NCBI GenBank assembly: GCA_965222225.1
Contig: CBDCTK010000002.1
Coordinates: forward strand, 608,001 to 672,000
DNA from: Candidatus Poribacteria bacterium
GTDB taxonomy: Bacteria; Poribacteria; WGA-4E; JAJDTR01
Reading direction: 5' to 3'
Length of the DNA: 64,000 nucleotides
The position numbers and the translations under genes were made by a program. This document shows, piece after piece, positions 1 to 10,840 of the stretch; the stretch's first letter is position 1; the number at the start of each line of letters is the position of its first letter. The notes beneath the pieces are model-generated. The model saw only the letters and a list, made by a program, of their open reading frames with translations. It ran no database searches and had not been told where the DNA came from.

Positions 1-438
1 AAACCCAGAGCAAAATCTAAGAGAGGTAGAGGCACAAATAAATCTCCCGTCATCGGCGTAGTCGAGAGAGGCGGTCGGGTGGTTGCTAAATTCATGAAGG
101 TTCTATCTGGTGAAAATATCAGAGAATTCATCCTTAGCAATGTCTCACCCGATGAGTCTATTCTTATGACTGATGAATTTCGCTCTTACAATAGTCTGGA
201 CGAAGATATCGAAAGACATGTTATCCATCACCAAGAGAGATATGTTTCTGAGGACGGCGTAACTCACACCAACACCATCGAGTCGTTTTGGGCTTGTGTC
301 AAGAGGTCATTCTACGGAACGCATCATCACTACAGCAAGAAGTGGCTGCCACTGTATATCATGGAGTCTTGCTGGAAATATAATCGCAGAAAAGATGATG
401 AGATTTTCATAAGATTTTTTGATGAATGCTTCACCTGA
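1..438 (+). CDS. IS1595-family transposase, 3' part
   Basis: MTDE, HTNTIESFW and HHYS motifs. Same protein as the C-terminal part of 51319-52173. Confidence 0.93.
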   Translation, partial: KPRAKSKRGRGTNKSPVIGVVERGGRVVAKFMKVLSGENIREFILSNVSPDESILMTDEFRSYNSLDEDIERHVIHHQERYVSEDGVTHTNTIESFWACVKRSFYGTHHHYSKKWLPLYIMESCWKYNRRKDDEIFIRFFDECFT

Positions 439-456
439 GCCACATGAATTGTTTGG

Positions 457-579
457 CTATCGGTATATTCTGTCAACGACAACATCATGGTGTGCTGAAA
501 ATCCCATAGTGTTGGAAATTAAAATCCCGCAGATAACCCGCAATGCTCCCGCGAGCATGTACAAACGCTTGGTCAACAT
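457..579 (-). CDS. Putative 40-aa passenger peptide of the IS
   Basis: GGAGG upstream of the ATG. MLTKRLYMLAGALRVICGILISNTMGFSAHHDVVVDRIYR has a signal-peptide-like start. Repeated at 52192-52314. Confidence 0.3.
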   Translation of the reverse strand: MLTKRLYMLAGALRVICGILISNTMGFSAHHDVVVDRIYR

Positions 580-713
580 GATATGCCTCCATTTCTCTCT
601 TATAGAGATGTATTTTAGTGTGAATCAAGATTCCGAACACTGTCTAAAGTTATTGTACATTAAGAAAAGAAAAGCAAGCAAATCAACCAAAAAGCAGTTA
701 ACTACTAAGTCCC

Positions 714-1094
714 ATTGACTTTAGTAGAGATCTTAGACTCACCGCTTGGTATCGTCGAATCATGCAAATCCGATTGGGAAACACGGCACTGACCGAAGGC
801 GATATTGAGTTCATGGAATCGGACAATAAACGGATTTTGGCTTTTTCCAGAGTTGCCGCAGATAGCAGAGTCATCGTGGCAATCAATTTCGACTACACAG
901 ATGGAACTCCCCAATGGGCAAACCTAAGAATCACGCGCAATCTGAAGAGTGGAGACAGTGCCGCAAGGAGATACAAGCTACATGATGCTCTGAACGATGA
1001 AACTTATGTCTATACGGGCAAACAGTTGCGCGAAGGATTAGTTGTGGGTTTAGACCAGTTTAAATCCCATGTTTTCGTTGTAACCGAATGTTGA
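714..1094 (+). pseudogene. C-terminal fragment of an alpha-amylase family (GH13) glycoside hydrolase interrupted by the IS
   Basis: Frame is open from the IS end: IDFSRDLRLTAWYRRIMQIRLGNTALTEGD...ILAFSR...VIVAINF, typical of a GH13 barrel end plus C-terminal beta domain. Confidence 0.7.
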
Positions 1095-1286
1095 AAGTGA
1101 AGAATCGGCGTGAGTATTTTGATGTTCTCAGAGGTGAACAATGAAGGAGAATTGATTAGCGCAAGAGGAAAGGTGAGAAATTCTGCTTGAAGAGCGTACA
1201 GGGCTTAAAAAGGTGGAAAATTGTGAGAAACATTCTGTGATCTTGTGCGACAATAAAGTGTACCCCCGGCACAAGGAGCCAATTTC

Positions 1287-2469
1287 GTGAAGAAAGACGA
1301 TGCCCGATTGGTCGAATCTGTATTGGCTGGTAACCTTGATGACTATCGCAAGTTGGTGGACGCTTACCAGTTATCGGCAGAGCAGTGGGCATTTCGTCAG
1401 GCCAGGAATATCTCCGACGCTGAAGAAATCGCTCAAGAGGCATTCGTTGAAGCGTATTTCAGACTTGATACATTGCGGCAGGCGGGAAAATTCGGTGGAT
1501 GGCCGCGTCGAATCGTGATCAATACCGCAGTTTCTTGGCTTAGACGGCGCAAAGCCACTGTGCGTTTTGACGAGATTACCGGCATCTCCAAGGATGGCGA
1601 ATTGCATGAGCATTACTACCGCTACGAAACGCCAACGCCTCACGATTTGCTGGAACGACAAGAGCAGGAAGATCTGCTACGACGGGCAATTGATCCCCTT
1701 TCTCCAACACATCGCGATATCATCACAATGTTCTATTACGATGATCGCTCCTACAAAGACATTGCAGGCCTCCTCACTACATCGGAGACTGCTGTCAAGA
1801 GCATGTTGTAACGCGCTAGAAGACAATTGAAAGAGGAGGTATTACGGATGAGCTCAGGACAAATCGACAGCAAGATTGAAATCAGCCGCAAATTTGGCGA
1901 ACAGGTCACACAAGACATCATTTCAGTTCGCGAAGAGTTAGCAACAATTCGCTATTGGCACGCTTAGATCCGAGTGCCCGCCATCGGCTAGCGACTCTGT
2001 TCAACGGGCCGTTAAAGAGTTTCGACGATTGCCAGAAGATGATGAACGGATGATTCGATGGGGATTTATTGGTGCTTTCGGTAAAGATGGAGTTGATGGA
2101 GCCGAACATTGGGCATGTAGCATTCACACGATGAAACAGGAAGAATATTTCAACGGACCCAACGCTAGTGACGAAAATATAGCTGTTTTTGCAGATGCCT
2201 TCATCAATCCGCACACCATCCGGATTTGCAAACACCTCTTTTTTCGCCAAGGCAACGAGAAAACTACCCGAGAAGAAATAAAGCGAGAATGTGACCTGAC
2301 CAATAAGGAATTGGATGCAGCGCTTGAAGCGTTCCTAGAGTGGCGTTTTGTGGCATGGGCGGGCGAAGAATTGTTAATACTTGGCCATGGCATGAATTGG
2401 GTTATTACACTGATAGGGATGACAAAGGAAGCAATAAACCAGCGCGACGGTAGCAGTGAGCAAGAGTAA
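1287..2469 (+). pseudogene. ECF sigma-70 factor with C-terminal extension, disrupted
   Basis: DAEEIAQEAFVEAY (region 2) and SYKDIAGLLTTSETAVKSML (region 4). TAA at 1809-1811 is followed in frame by RARRQLKEE. A further break occurs before ORF 2029-2469. Confidence 0.8.
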
Positions 2470-2587
2470 CTCACACATATCTTCAATTTAGTGTTCTAGC
2501 GTGCGATTACTTCGTGCAACCTAGGGGATATCGCTGCGCTAGAACCTTGTCAAAAAAAGGAGTCATCGCACACCGTTTGAAATTTCC

Positions 2588-2617
2588 TTGACACTGTAAC
2601 ATCGCTTATGATATACT
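2588..2617 (+). promoter_or_regulatory. Sigma70-type promoter of the hisI-trpE operon
   Basis: TTGACA, 18-nt spacer, TATACT with extended -10 TG. Confidence 0.75.
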
Positions 2618-2657
2618 TAATCGGCTCTCTGGCGAAGATAGAATGTGGAAGACCCAG

Positions 2658-2759
2658 ATGCAAACTTCAAATCGACAACAACAACTTCAAACTGTATCTC
2701 ATCATTGGCATTGGTGGTGGAGCGCTGTTCAGAATGGGAGTGTGCCTTTGCTGAGATAG
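2658..2759 (+). CDS. His/Trp-rich attenuator leader peptide
   Basis: MQTSNRQQQLQTVSHHWHWWWSAVQNGSVPLLR*. An alternative in-frame ATG lies at 2643. Confidence 0.85.
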   Translation: MQTSNRQQQLQTVSHHWHWWWSAVQNGSVPLLR

Positions 2760-2787
2760 ATTTTTGGATTCATATTTTAGATAAATC

Positions 2788-2829
2788 AAAGCCGTAGGCA
2801 CACGAAACCTGTTGTCTACGGCTTTTTTT
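2788..2829 (+). terminator. Attenuator terminator
   Basis: AAAGCCGTAGGCA...TGTCTACGGC followed by T7. The left arm can alternatively pair with GTGTGCCT at 2740-2747. Confidence 0.88.
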
Positions 2830-2876
2830 GTGCCGAATTATCTAGCAAGCAATCGTTGCAACAAGGAGAAAGGTGA

Positions 2877-3260
2877 ATGGATATCCTCAATGAACTCAAA
2901 TTCGACAAAACCGATTTAATTCCTGCCATCATACAAGACGACGAAAACAATGAAGTTCTCATGATGGCTTTTATGAATCGCCAGGCATTGCAGAAAACCA
3001 TAGAATCCGGGCGTGTATGTTTCTGGAGTCGGTCCCGCCAAGAATACTGGATTAAGGGGGAGACTTCGGGGCACACCCAAACCGTCAAGTCCATAGCCTT
3101 TGACTGTGATGGTGACGCGCTCCTGATTAAGGTCGAACAGAAAGGCGGGGCGTGCCACACCGGTTATCGCTCCTGTTTCTTTCGGGATGTCTCCTCCGAT
3201 GGCAATTCCAGCCACATCGTAGGCAAGAAGGTTTTTGATCCTGATAAAGTATACTCGTGA
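2877..3260 (+). CDS. hisI: Phosphoribosyl-AMP cyclohydrolase
   Basis: [26 protein letters not shown] and [10 protein letters not shown] motifs. Confidence 0.97.
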   Translation: MDILNELKFDKTDLIPAIIQDDENNEVLMMAFMNRQALQKTIESGRVCFWSRSRQEYWIKGETSGHTQTVKSIAFDCDGDALLIKVEQKGGACHTGYRSCFFRDVSSDGNSSHIVGKKVFDPDKVYS

Positions 3261-3314
3261 AACGAGAAACGCAAAGTATGACGGATTCGCGTTTCACGTG
3301 AGAGGAGACTCCCG

Positions 3315-4799
3315 ATGTATTACCCAAGTTTGGAAGATTTTCGAAAAAAGGCGCAACATGGCAACCTAATTCCTGTCTATAAGTCGATTTTGGCGGATAT
3401 GGAAACCCCTGTGTCAACGTTTAACAAGATTGATGCCGGTGAATACAGTTTCTTGCTAGAAAGCGTTGAGGGGGGTGAACACGTTGGAAGGTATTCGTTT
3501 CTCGGTAGTGAACCATCAATTCTGTTTCAGAGTAAAGAAAATCAGGTGCGCATACAGGATTTGGAGGCAGGCACAACAACGGAGTTCGAAAGCAGCTATC
3601 CACTCGGCGAGCTTGAGAAATTGATGAAGTGCTATCAACCCGTGGAGGTCGAGGGATTACCGCGTTTCCACGGCGGCGCTGTCGGCTACTTTAGTTATGA
3701 CGCTGTGCGTTTTTTTGAAGAGTTGCCCGACAACACAGAAGATGATCGGCATTTGCCAGACTGCTTCTTTATGGTTACAGATACTCTGTTGATATTCGAT
3801 CGGGTTAGTCATCGGATTACGGTGGTAGCGAACGCACATGTTGATGATGACGTAGAGGGCGCATACCAGCGTGCGATTCGACGTATCGACACGCTGATTG
3901 CCAAGCTGAAGAATCCTTTGTTGATGCCGCCTTCAAACGTGCAGCGTGCGGATATAGCCGAGGTTGAGCCTGAATCGAATTTCACACAAGCTGAATATAA
4001 ATCCATTGTCTTACGAGCAAAGGAATATATCGCCGCGGGTGACATCATCCAAGTTGTTCCCTCGCAGCGGCTGTGTATGCCGTTATCAGTGGACACCTTT
4101 GACGTGTACCGTGCGTTGCGTACCGTCAACCCGTCACCATACATGTATTACCTAAAGTTGGGCGACATTCAGATAGCAGGTACTTCTCCTGAAATGATGG
4201 TGCGAGTTGAGGATGGAATGGCGGAGACACGTCCTATCGCCGGGACGCGGCCACGTGGAGACACACCCGCTGAAGATGTGGCGCTGGCAGAGGAGTTGAT
4301 TGCGGATGAGAAGGAGCGTGCCGAACATGTCATGCTTGTCGATCTTGGTCGCAACGATCTGGGGAGAGTTTGCAAATTCCACACAGTTCGCGTTACTGAG
4401 ATGATGTCGATTGAGCGATATTCGCATGTCATGCACATTGTTTCGCATGTTGTTGGCGAACTGTGCGAAGATGTGACCGCCTTTGATGTTATCCGTGCAT
4501 GTTTACCTGCTGGGACACTTTCAGGGGCGCCCAAGATTCGAGCTATGGAGATAATTGATGAGCTTGAACCAACGCGCCGCGGCCCTTATGGTGGGGCTGC
4601 CGGATATTTCAGCTTTTCCGGAAATGCCGATACGGCTATCATCATTCGTACCCTAATCGTCAAAGGTGGCATCGCTTACGTGCAAGCTGGCGGTGGGGTT
4701 GTTGCAGATTCCGTTCCTCAAACCGAGTACGAAGAAACACTCAACAAAGCGCAAGCCGTGCTAAGAGCAATTAAATTGGCTGAGGCAGGATTGGAGTAG
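3315..4799 (+). CDS. trpE: Anthranilate synthase component I
   Basis: LLES, NPSPYM, PIAGTRPRG, KERAEHVMLVDLGRND and GTLSGAPK motifs. Confidence 0.96.
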   Translation: MYYPSLEDFRKKAQHGNLIPVYKSILADMETPVSTFNKIDAGEYSFLLESVEGGEHVGRYSFLGSEPSILFQSKENQVRIQDLEAGTTTEFESSYPLGELEKLMKCYQPVEVEGLPRFHGGAVGYFSYDAVRFFEELPDNTEDDRHLPDCFFMVTDTLLIFDRVSHRITVVANAHVDDDVEGAYQRAIRRIDTLIAKLKNPLLMPPSNVQRADIAEVEPESNFTQAEYKSIVLRAKEYIAAGDIIQVVPSQRLCMPLSVDTFDVYRALRTVNPSPYMYYLKLGDIQIAGTSPEMMVRVEDGMAETRPIAGTRPRGDTPAEDVALAEELIADEKERAEHVMLVDLGRNDLGRVCKFHTVRVTEMMSIERYSHVMHIVSHVVGELCEDVTAFDVIRACLPAGTLSGAPKIRAMEIIDELEPTRRGPYGGAAGYFSFSGNADTAIIIRTLIVKGGIAYVQAGGGVVADSVPQTEYEETLNKAQAVLRAIKLAEAGLE

Positions 4800-4820
4800 A
4801 CAGATGGACAGGAGAAAACT

Positions 4821-5509
4821 GTGAGTGTGACGCTCGCCCAAGTCGTCCCTTGGGGCAGATCGCTTGAAGAGTACCGACAGATGTTCATGCTCGCCGACGA
4901 AGAACGGACCTTGAAGATTCTAGGAGTTGGTGATGGGCCAGCTAGTTTCAACAGCGAAATGAAGGTGCTGGGTTATACCGTAGTATCAATAGATCCAATC
5001 TATGCACTTTCAAAAAGAAACAGATTGAACAGAGGATTGACAAGACGTACGATACTGTCGTCTCTCAAGTGAAACAAAAACCTGATGATTTCGTGTGGGA
5101 ATTTTTTGTAAACCCAAAGCACTGTGGTTGCTGCCGACTTGAAACGATGCGAAAGTTTTTGCAGGATTATGAGATGGGGAAGTTGCAGGGGCGTAATATT
5201 CCTTCGTCGTTACCAAAACTCGATTTTGACGATTAGCAGTTTGATTTGGCAGTGTGTTTGCATTTGCTCTTTTTGTATTCCGATCAGTTATCATTCAGTT
5301 TTCATCGAGAGTCCATTCAAGAGCTCTGCCGCGTTTCACGAGAGGTGCGAATTTTCCCGCTACTAGCGCTTGATTGCAAGAAGTCGCCGTACGTTTCATC
5401 CATCCAATCGTATTTTCGGGACATGGGCTTCACGGTTGACATTTGTTCAGTACCCTATGAGTTTCAAAAGGGCGGGAACGAGATGATGAGAATTTGCAGG
5501 GATGCTTAG
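4821..5509 (+). pseudogene. SAM-dependent methyltransferase, frameshifted
   Basis: VPWGRSLEEYRQMF...GDGPASFN in one frame and HLLFLYSDQLS...EVRIFPL...VPYEFQKGGNEM in another. Confidence 0.8.
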
Positions 5510-5519
5510 GAGAAAAACA

Positions 5520-6083
5520 ATGATGCTCATGATTGACAATTACGATTCGTTTACTTACAATCTCGTCCAATACTTCGGTGAGCTAGGGGCAGAGCTTGTA
5601 GTTCATCGCAACGACAAAATAACATTAGGAGAGATTGAACGCCTCGCACCGGATAGAATTGTCATATCACCCGGTCCCTGCACACCTCGTGAAGCGGGGA
5701 TTTCCTGCGACGTAATCCGATATTTCGCGGGCAAGGTACCGATTTTGGGCGTCTGTCTGGGACATCAGTGTATTGGCGATGTCTTCGGCGGGGATGTAGT
5801 TCGTGCGGACCGATTGATGCACGGAAAAACGTCAATGATTGAACATAATGGGCGGAAAATCTTCGCGGGGGTGCAGAATCCGTTTGAGGCAACGAGGTAT
5901 CATTCCTTGATTGTAACGATGGACAGTATGCCAGAATGCCTTGAAGTCACTGCTTGGACGATCGAGGAAGAGATTATGGGGTTGCGACACAAAGACTTCC
6001 CAATCTGGGGTGTACAGTTTCATCCGGAATCAATCTTGACACTTGAAGGGAAAAATATGCTGGAGAATTTCTTGAAAGGCTAA
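5520..6083 (+). CDS. trpG: Anthranilate/aminodeoxychorismate synthase component II (glutamine amidotransferase)
   Basis: [22 protein letters not shown] and QFHPES motifs. Lies downstream of trpE. Confidence 0.92.
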   Translation: MMLMIDNYDSFTYNLVQYFGELGAELVVHRNDKITLGEIERLAPDRIVISPGPCTPREAGISCDVIRYFAGKVPILGVCLGHQCIGDVFGGDVVRADRLMHGKTSMIEHNGRKIFAGVQNPFEATRYHSLIVTMDSMPECLEVTAWTIEEEIMGLRHKDFPIWGVQFHPESILTLEGKNMLENFLKG

Positions 6084-6086
6084 GAG

Positions 6087-6662
6087 ATGTCGGAAACGGA
6101 TCTTCGTACAGAACTTGAATATACCAAAACAATTGAAGACCCACTGCGCCGGCGACTCTATGTTTGTGCGCTTGTCACGGCAGCACTTCCACATTCAAAC
6201 AGGCTACCCTATGTTGTCGTCGTCGGCAATGCGCTAGAGTTCTACACGCTTGGCGATTACACCACCGCGGATGTCGATCTCGTTAGTGGAAGACGATCCG
6301 AAATCGGCAATATATTGGAAAATTGGGGGTTTAATCGGATGAGAAGGCACTGGTATCACGCCGACTTGGATGTTGCCATTGAAATCCCTGATGATGTCCT
6401 CGCCGGATCAGAAGAAAAAATTACGCAGGTCGAGATTGAGGGCTTGAACGTCTATATTATCGGTGTAGAGGATTTAATCATTGACCGGGTCAACGCGTAT
6501 GATCACTGGCGGTCAATTGATGATGGCGATTGGGCAAAAGAGCTAATGGCTTTGTACAAACACGAGATCGATTGGGATTACCTTGTAACATCTGCGCGGA
6601 CAGAAGAGATACTTGATGCACTGAATACACTGAAATCGGCGACTGAGGAAGAGACGATATGA
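6087..6662 (+). CDS. Nucleotidyltransferase-fold protein (DUF6036-like)
   Basis: VVVGNALEFYT..YTTADVDL (G..A plus DxD) and IIGVEDLIIDR. Confidence 0.6.
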   Translation: MSETDLRTELEYTKTIEDPLRRRLYVCALVTAALPHSNRLPYVVVVGNALEFYTLGDYTTADVDLVSGRRSEIGNILENWGFNRMRRHWYHADLDVAIEIPDDVLAGSEEKITQVEIEGLNVYIIGVEDLIIDRVNAYDHWRSIDDGDWAKELMALYKHEIDWDYLVTSARTEEILDALNTLKSATEEETI

Positions 6663-6901
6663 GAATTGTGAACTTCGATCAACACGTCCAAAAAATAAGA
6701 GAGAAATCAAGAGAATATCAACTCAAGCAACGCGCAAAACAGTCGCACCGGTCACCTCGTCGCCGTCCGCGAGATGCGGATTCACGTCGAGATTCGATCG
6801 AATTATCGCTTAAACGCCGCGAACAATGGTTGAAGGATGGGCGGCTGGAAAAACTTGGACCGCGGCATTACCGTGTGCGTCTCAAGGAAGAACCTGTTTG
6901 A
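6659..6901 (+). CDS. Small basic hypothetical protein
   Basis: ATGA overlap with the upstream gene. The stop codon lies in the MITE end. Confidence 0.55.
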   Translation: MRIVNFDQHVQKIREKSREYQLKQRAKQSHRSPRRRPRDADSRRDSIELSLKRREQWLKDGRLEKLGPRHYRVRLKEEPV

Positions 6902-7150
6902 AAACTCTAGGTACGACCTGAAGAACGTCGTTTAGTAATCCTAGAAAATTTCATACTTTTCATACCAAATGGTGGTTTTCAATAGAGACAGAGAAAAGGC
7001 TAGAACTTTTGCTATCACTGGCTTCTGCGCAGTTTCGACATTATAGCCAAGAGAGTGTTGGTATGAAACCGGAGTTGCTACCCAAGACGGTTTCAAATCT
7101 CATATTGACTCTACTTTACATAAGAGAAGATGACTTTTCAAACAGGTTCT
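6889..7150. mobile_element. MITE with 16-bp terminal inverted repeats
   Basis: AGAACCTGTTTGAAAA (6889-6904) and TTTTCAAACAGGTTCT (7135-7150). Non-coding interior with a nested 11-bp inverted repeat at 6958-7068. Confidence 0.75.
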
Positions 7151-7197
7151 AAAGGGAAAAGAAACAATCGTTATCGATCCCCGTAATCTAATCCGCA

Positions 7198-8073
7198 TTA
7201 ACTCCCAAGTGCCTCCGCCAGTGTGTCCCCAATAGTCGCCGGGCTTTGAGAAACGGCAATGCCGGCGGCTCTCAACACTTCAATCTTTTCTGTCGCTGTG
7301 CCCTGTCCACCCGAAATAATCGCACCGGCATGTCCCATTCGTTTACCCTTGGGAGCGGTCTGCCCCGCGATAAAACCGACAACCGGTTTACTCATGTTTT
7401 CCTTCACAAATTGAGCTGCCGCCTCCTCCGCTGCCCCGCCGATTTCGCCAATCATTATCACCGCTTCCGTGTGTTCGTCGGCTTCAAACAACGCTAGAGT
7501 GTCCACGAAAGTGGTACCAATGACAGGATCGCCGCCGATACCAACGCAAGTGGATTGACCAAGACCAAGTTTTGTGACCTGATCCACAGCTTCATAAGTT
7601 AAGGTTCCACTTCGAGAAACGATGCCAATTTTGCCGGGGCGATGGATATAACCGGGCATGATCCCAATCTTGCATTCTCCGGGCGTGATTACGCCGGGGC
7701 AGTTTGGCCCAATCAGTCGAGTGGGCAGCCCGTCCAGAAAACGCTTGGCTTTTATCATATCAAGAACGGGCGCACCTTCTGTGATGCAGACAATTAGGTT
7801 AATGCCGGCATCAGCCGCTTCCATAATTGAATCAGCGGCATCAAACCGAGCTGGCACGAAGATGACGGATGTATCCGCTCCGGTTGCCTCCACAGCTTCG
7901 CTAACCGTATCGTAAACGGAGATACCATCAACATCCGAACCCCCTCTGCCCGGGGTAACACCCGCGACAATCTGTGTGCCGTATTCTACGCACTGTTGGG
8001 TATGGAACCGACCGGAACGTCCGGTGATTCCTTGGACGATAACTTTTGTATGTTTATCTACAAGAATGCTCAT
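7198..8073 (-). CDS. sucD: Succinyl-CoA ligase alpha subunit
   Basis: [22 protein letters not shown] and RMGHAGA motifs. Confidence 0.98.
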   Translation of the reverse strand: MSILVDKHTKVIVQGITGRSGRFHTQQCVEYGTQIVAGVTPGRGGSDVDGISVYDTVSEAVEATGADTSVIFVPARFDAADSIMEAADAGINLIVCITEGAPVLDMIKAKRFLDGLPTRLIGPNCPGVITPGECKIGIMPGYIHRPGKIGIVSRSGTLTYEAVDQVTKLGLGQSTCVGIGGDPVIGTTFVDTLALFEADEHTEAVIMIGEIGGAAEEAAAQFVKENMSKPVVGFIAGQTAPKGKRMGHAGAIISGGQGTATEKIEVLRAAGIAVSQSPATIGDTLAEALGS

Positions 8074-8156
8074 TAACTCAAGTTCCTTGAAAAATATTCC
8101 GTATTGCGTAGCAAGTTGCAGCGCGCCGGCGCATTTTCCATCAATATGGGCAAGTC

Positions 8157-9596
8157 CTAATATGCCCGCGCAAAAACCGCGATTTCCTTCGCCGATTCAC
8201 CGCATACGATGCACTTTCCGCCGCCGCCGGGTTGATCTAGTGGCATACAGCGAGTTGTCGCTTGTGTGTCGGCTTTGACCTGGTCCTCGCATGACGGGTT
8301 TCCACACCACCAAGCACGAGCAAAACCGGTGGTGACCGCCGCTTTAAGCTGATCGTAGTCCGTGGGTTCAGACGTATTCTCATTGCGAAAATTGATGGCG
8401 CGCTGCAGCAAGGCGCTTTGAATGGCGGTCAGTGTGTCGTTAACTGCTTCCGATACGCCTGCTAATGGTATGGACGACTTGCCTGCCCTGCCGGGCTGAT
8501 CCCGACGAGCAAGTACAACCTCCCCCTTTTCTACGTCTCGCGGTCCAATTTCGATTCGTAACGGCACCCCTTTTAGCTCCCACTCATTGAATTTCCAGCC
8601 GGGCGAATATTCATCGCGGTCGTCTACCTTCACGCGGGCATCCTCGCCAATCGCAGCGGTCATCTTCGCCACCGCTTCCATGACAGAACGTCTTTCGTCA
8701 TCTCTGTTTTTCTTCCATATCGGTATAATTACCACCTGAATTGGCGCTAACTGCGGGGGTAAAACAAGACCTTGGTCGTCACCGTGTGTCATTATAATCG
8801 CGCCGACCATACGAGTACTTACACCCCAGCTTGTAGTCCAGCAGTGTTGTAGTTCACTGTTTTCGTCCTGATATTGAATCTCAAAGGCTTTAGCAAAGTT
8901 CTGTCCGAGATTGTGAGAGGTTCCGGACTGTAGCGCGCGTCTATCTCCCATCATGGCTTCGATGCTGTAAGAGGCGTCCGCTCCGGGAAATTTCTCACTC
9001 TCGCTCTTGCGGCCGGGAATGACGGGGATTGCGGCATCGTTAACGGCAAAATCGGTATACACTTCCAGCATTCGCAATGTTTCCTCTTGGGCTTCCTCGG
9101 CGGTGGCGTGCGCGGTATGCCCCTCCTGCCAGAGAAACTCCATCGTGCGTAGAAAAAGGCGAGTGCGCAACTCCCATCTTACGACGTTTGCCCACTGGTT
9201 AATCAGTACCGGCAGGTCGCGATACGACTGAATCCACTGGCTATACATGTACCCGATGACCGTTTCAGAGGTAGGACGTACGACCAGTGGGTCCTCCAAT
9301 TTCTTGCCGCCTCCGTGTGTCACAACTGCCAACTCAGGTGCGAAACCTTCGATATGATCGGCCTCTTTCTCAATAAAACTCATCGGAACAAAAAGCGGAA
9401 AATAGGCGTTCTCATGCCCCGTTTCCTTGAAACGACGGTCAAGCCCCGCTTTCACGTTTTCCCAAAGTTCGTATCCATAAGGTCGAATAACCATGCAACC
9501 ACGCACAGGCGCATAGTCTGCCAGTTCCGCGCCCCGAATCACTTCAGTGTACCATTCGGAATAATCCTGACTGCGAGGGGTGATTTTTTGAAACAT
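8157..9596 (-). CDS. proS: Proline-tRNA ligase (eukaryote/archaea-like short type)
   Basis: [23 protein letters not shown], and C-terminal FARAY. Confidence 0.97.
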   Translation of the reverse strand: MFQKITPRSQDYSEWYTEVIRGAELADYAPVRGCMVIRPYGYELWENVKAGLDRRFKETGHENAYFPLFVPMSFIEKEADHIEGFAPELAVVTHGGGKKLEDPLVVRPTSETVIGYMYSQWIQSYRDLPVLINQWANVVRWELRTRLFLRTMEFLWQEGHTAHATAEEAQEETLRMLEVYTDFAVNDAAIPVIPGRKSESEKFPGADASYSIEAMMGDRRALQSGTSHNLGQNFAKAFEIQYQDENSELQHCWTTSWGVSTRMVGAIIMTHGDDQGLVLPPQLAPIQVVIIPIWKKNRDDERRSVMEAVAKMTAAIGEDARVKVDDRDEYSPGWKFNEWELKGVPLRIEIGPRDVEKGEVVLARRDQPGRAGKSSIPLAGVSEAVNDTLTAIQSALLQRAINFRNENTSEPTDYDQLKAAVTTGFARAWWCGNPSCEDQVKADTQATTRCMPLDQPGGGGKCIVCGESAKEIAVFARAY

Positions 9597-9655
9597 GTAC
9601 GCAAATCCTCCTTGTTTTTGCCTTTTCAGTTTCCAAAATTCAAAGTACGTAAATC

Positions 9656-10840
9656 TTATTTATTTGTCAATGCAGCGATTCCGGGCAATGTTTTTCCTTC
9701 AAGAAATTCTAATGACGCGCCGCCTCCGGTGGAGATATGTGTTATCCGATCAGCAACGCCAGCTATTTGCACTGCGGCGACACAGTCGCCGCCACCGATG
9801 ATACTAACCGCGTCAGAGTCAGCGAGTCGTTTGGCAATTTCGATTGTGCCATTCGCAAATTTTTCAAATTCGTAGATACCCAATGGACCGTTCCAGACGA
9901 TGGTTTTTGCCTCATCGACAATCGTGCCGAAAGTCTCAACCGACTTGGGGCCGATGTCCAAACCTCTCCAACCATCAGGTATCTCCGCGCGTCCGACAAT
10001 TTTTGATTCTGTACAGGGATTAAATTCTCTACCGATGACATGGTCTTCCGGCAAGTAAATATCCAGCTTTCGATCTACTGCTTTCTTGAGTAATTCGCTC
10101 GCCAACTCCAATTTGTCCAGCTCCACAATCGAGCCACCGATTTGTAACCCCATGGCTTTAAGAAAAGTATACGCCATACCGCCACCAATAAGCAGTGCAT
10201 CAACCTTTTCAATTAGGTTCTCAATCACTCCGATTTTATCCGAGATTTTCGCGCCGCCAAGTATTGCAATAAATGGGAGCTCCGGTCTCTCGACCACCTT
10301 GCTAAGGTATTTAATCTCTCTTTCCATCAGTAGCCCCGCAGCACACTGATCGAAATAGTGTGTAACCCCTTCGGTTGAAGCATGGGCGCGATGCGCGGTG
10401 CCAAAAGCGTCATTCACATAAATGTCCCCCAGCGCAGCCAGTGTACGCGCAAACTCTGCGTCATTTTGCGTTTCCTCTTTGTAGAAGCGAACATTCTCAA
10501 GTAGCAGTACGTCGCCCTCTTGAAGTTCGTTAATTGTGTTTTCAACTTCGGCTCCGATGCAGTCTTTGGTGTGTCGCACTCGCTGTCCCATTAGTTTACT
10601 CAATTCTAAGGCGAGCGGTTCAGTGGAAAACCCCGATTCCAAGCCCTTGGGGCGCCCCAGATGGGTCACTAGCACTATTCTGGCGCCGTCACGAATGAGT
10701 TGTAAAATTGTAGGCAGAGCGGCTCGAATCCGAGTGTTGTCAGTGATACGACCATCTTCCATCGGTACATTGAAATCAATGCGCACCATCACGCGCCTAC
10801 CTCGTACGCTTATATCATTCAGTCCAAGTGTTTCCGTCAT
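9656..10840 (-). CDS. pgk: Phosphoglycerate kinase
   Basis: RIDFNVP, HLGRP, NDAFGTAHRAHAS and STGGGASLE motifs. Confidence 0.98.
   Translation of the reverse strand: MTETLGLNDISVRGRRVMVRIDFNVPMEDGRITDNTRIRAALPTILQLIRDGARIVLVTHLGRPKGLESGFSTEPLALELSKLMGQRVRHTKDCIGAEVENTINELQEGDVLLLENVRFYKEETQNDAEFARTLAALGDIYVNDAFGTAHRAHASTEGVTHYFDQCAAGLLMEREIKYLSKVVERPELPFIAILGGAKISDKIGVIENLIEKVDALLIGGGMAYTFLKAMGLQIGGSIVELDKLELASELLKKAVDRKLDIYLPEDHVIGREFNPCTESKIVGRAEIPDGWRGLDIGPKSVETFGTIVDEAKTIVWNGPLGIYEFEKFANGTIEIAKRLADSDAVSIIGGGDCVAAVQIAGVADRITHISTGGGASLEFLEGKTLPGIAALTNK

Larger units (their letters stand above)
1..713 (+). mobile_element. IS1595-family insertion sequence, copy 1 (left part outside the window)
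   Basis: Nearly identical to 51736-52448 (2 substitutions seen). Ends in the right terminal repeat TAACTACTAAGTCCC. Confidence 0.93.

Noticed and set aside
419-718. 99/101-aa plus-strand ORF in the IS right arm (also 52154-52459)
   Set aside because: No RBS or recognisable motif, and it runs through the terminal repeat into flanking DNA.
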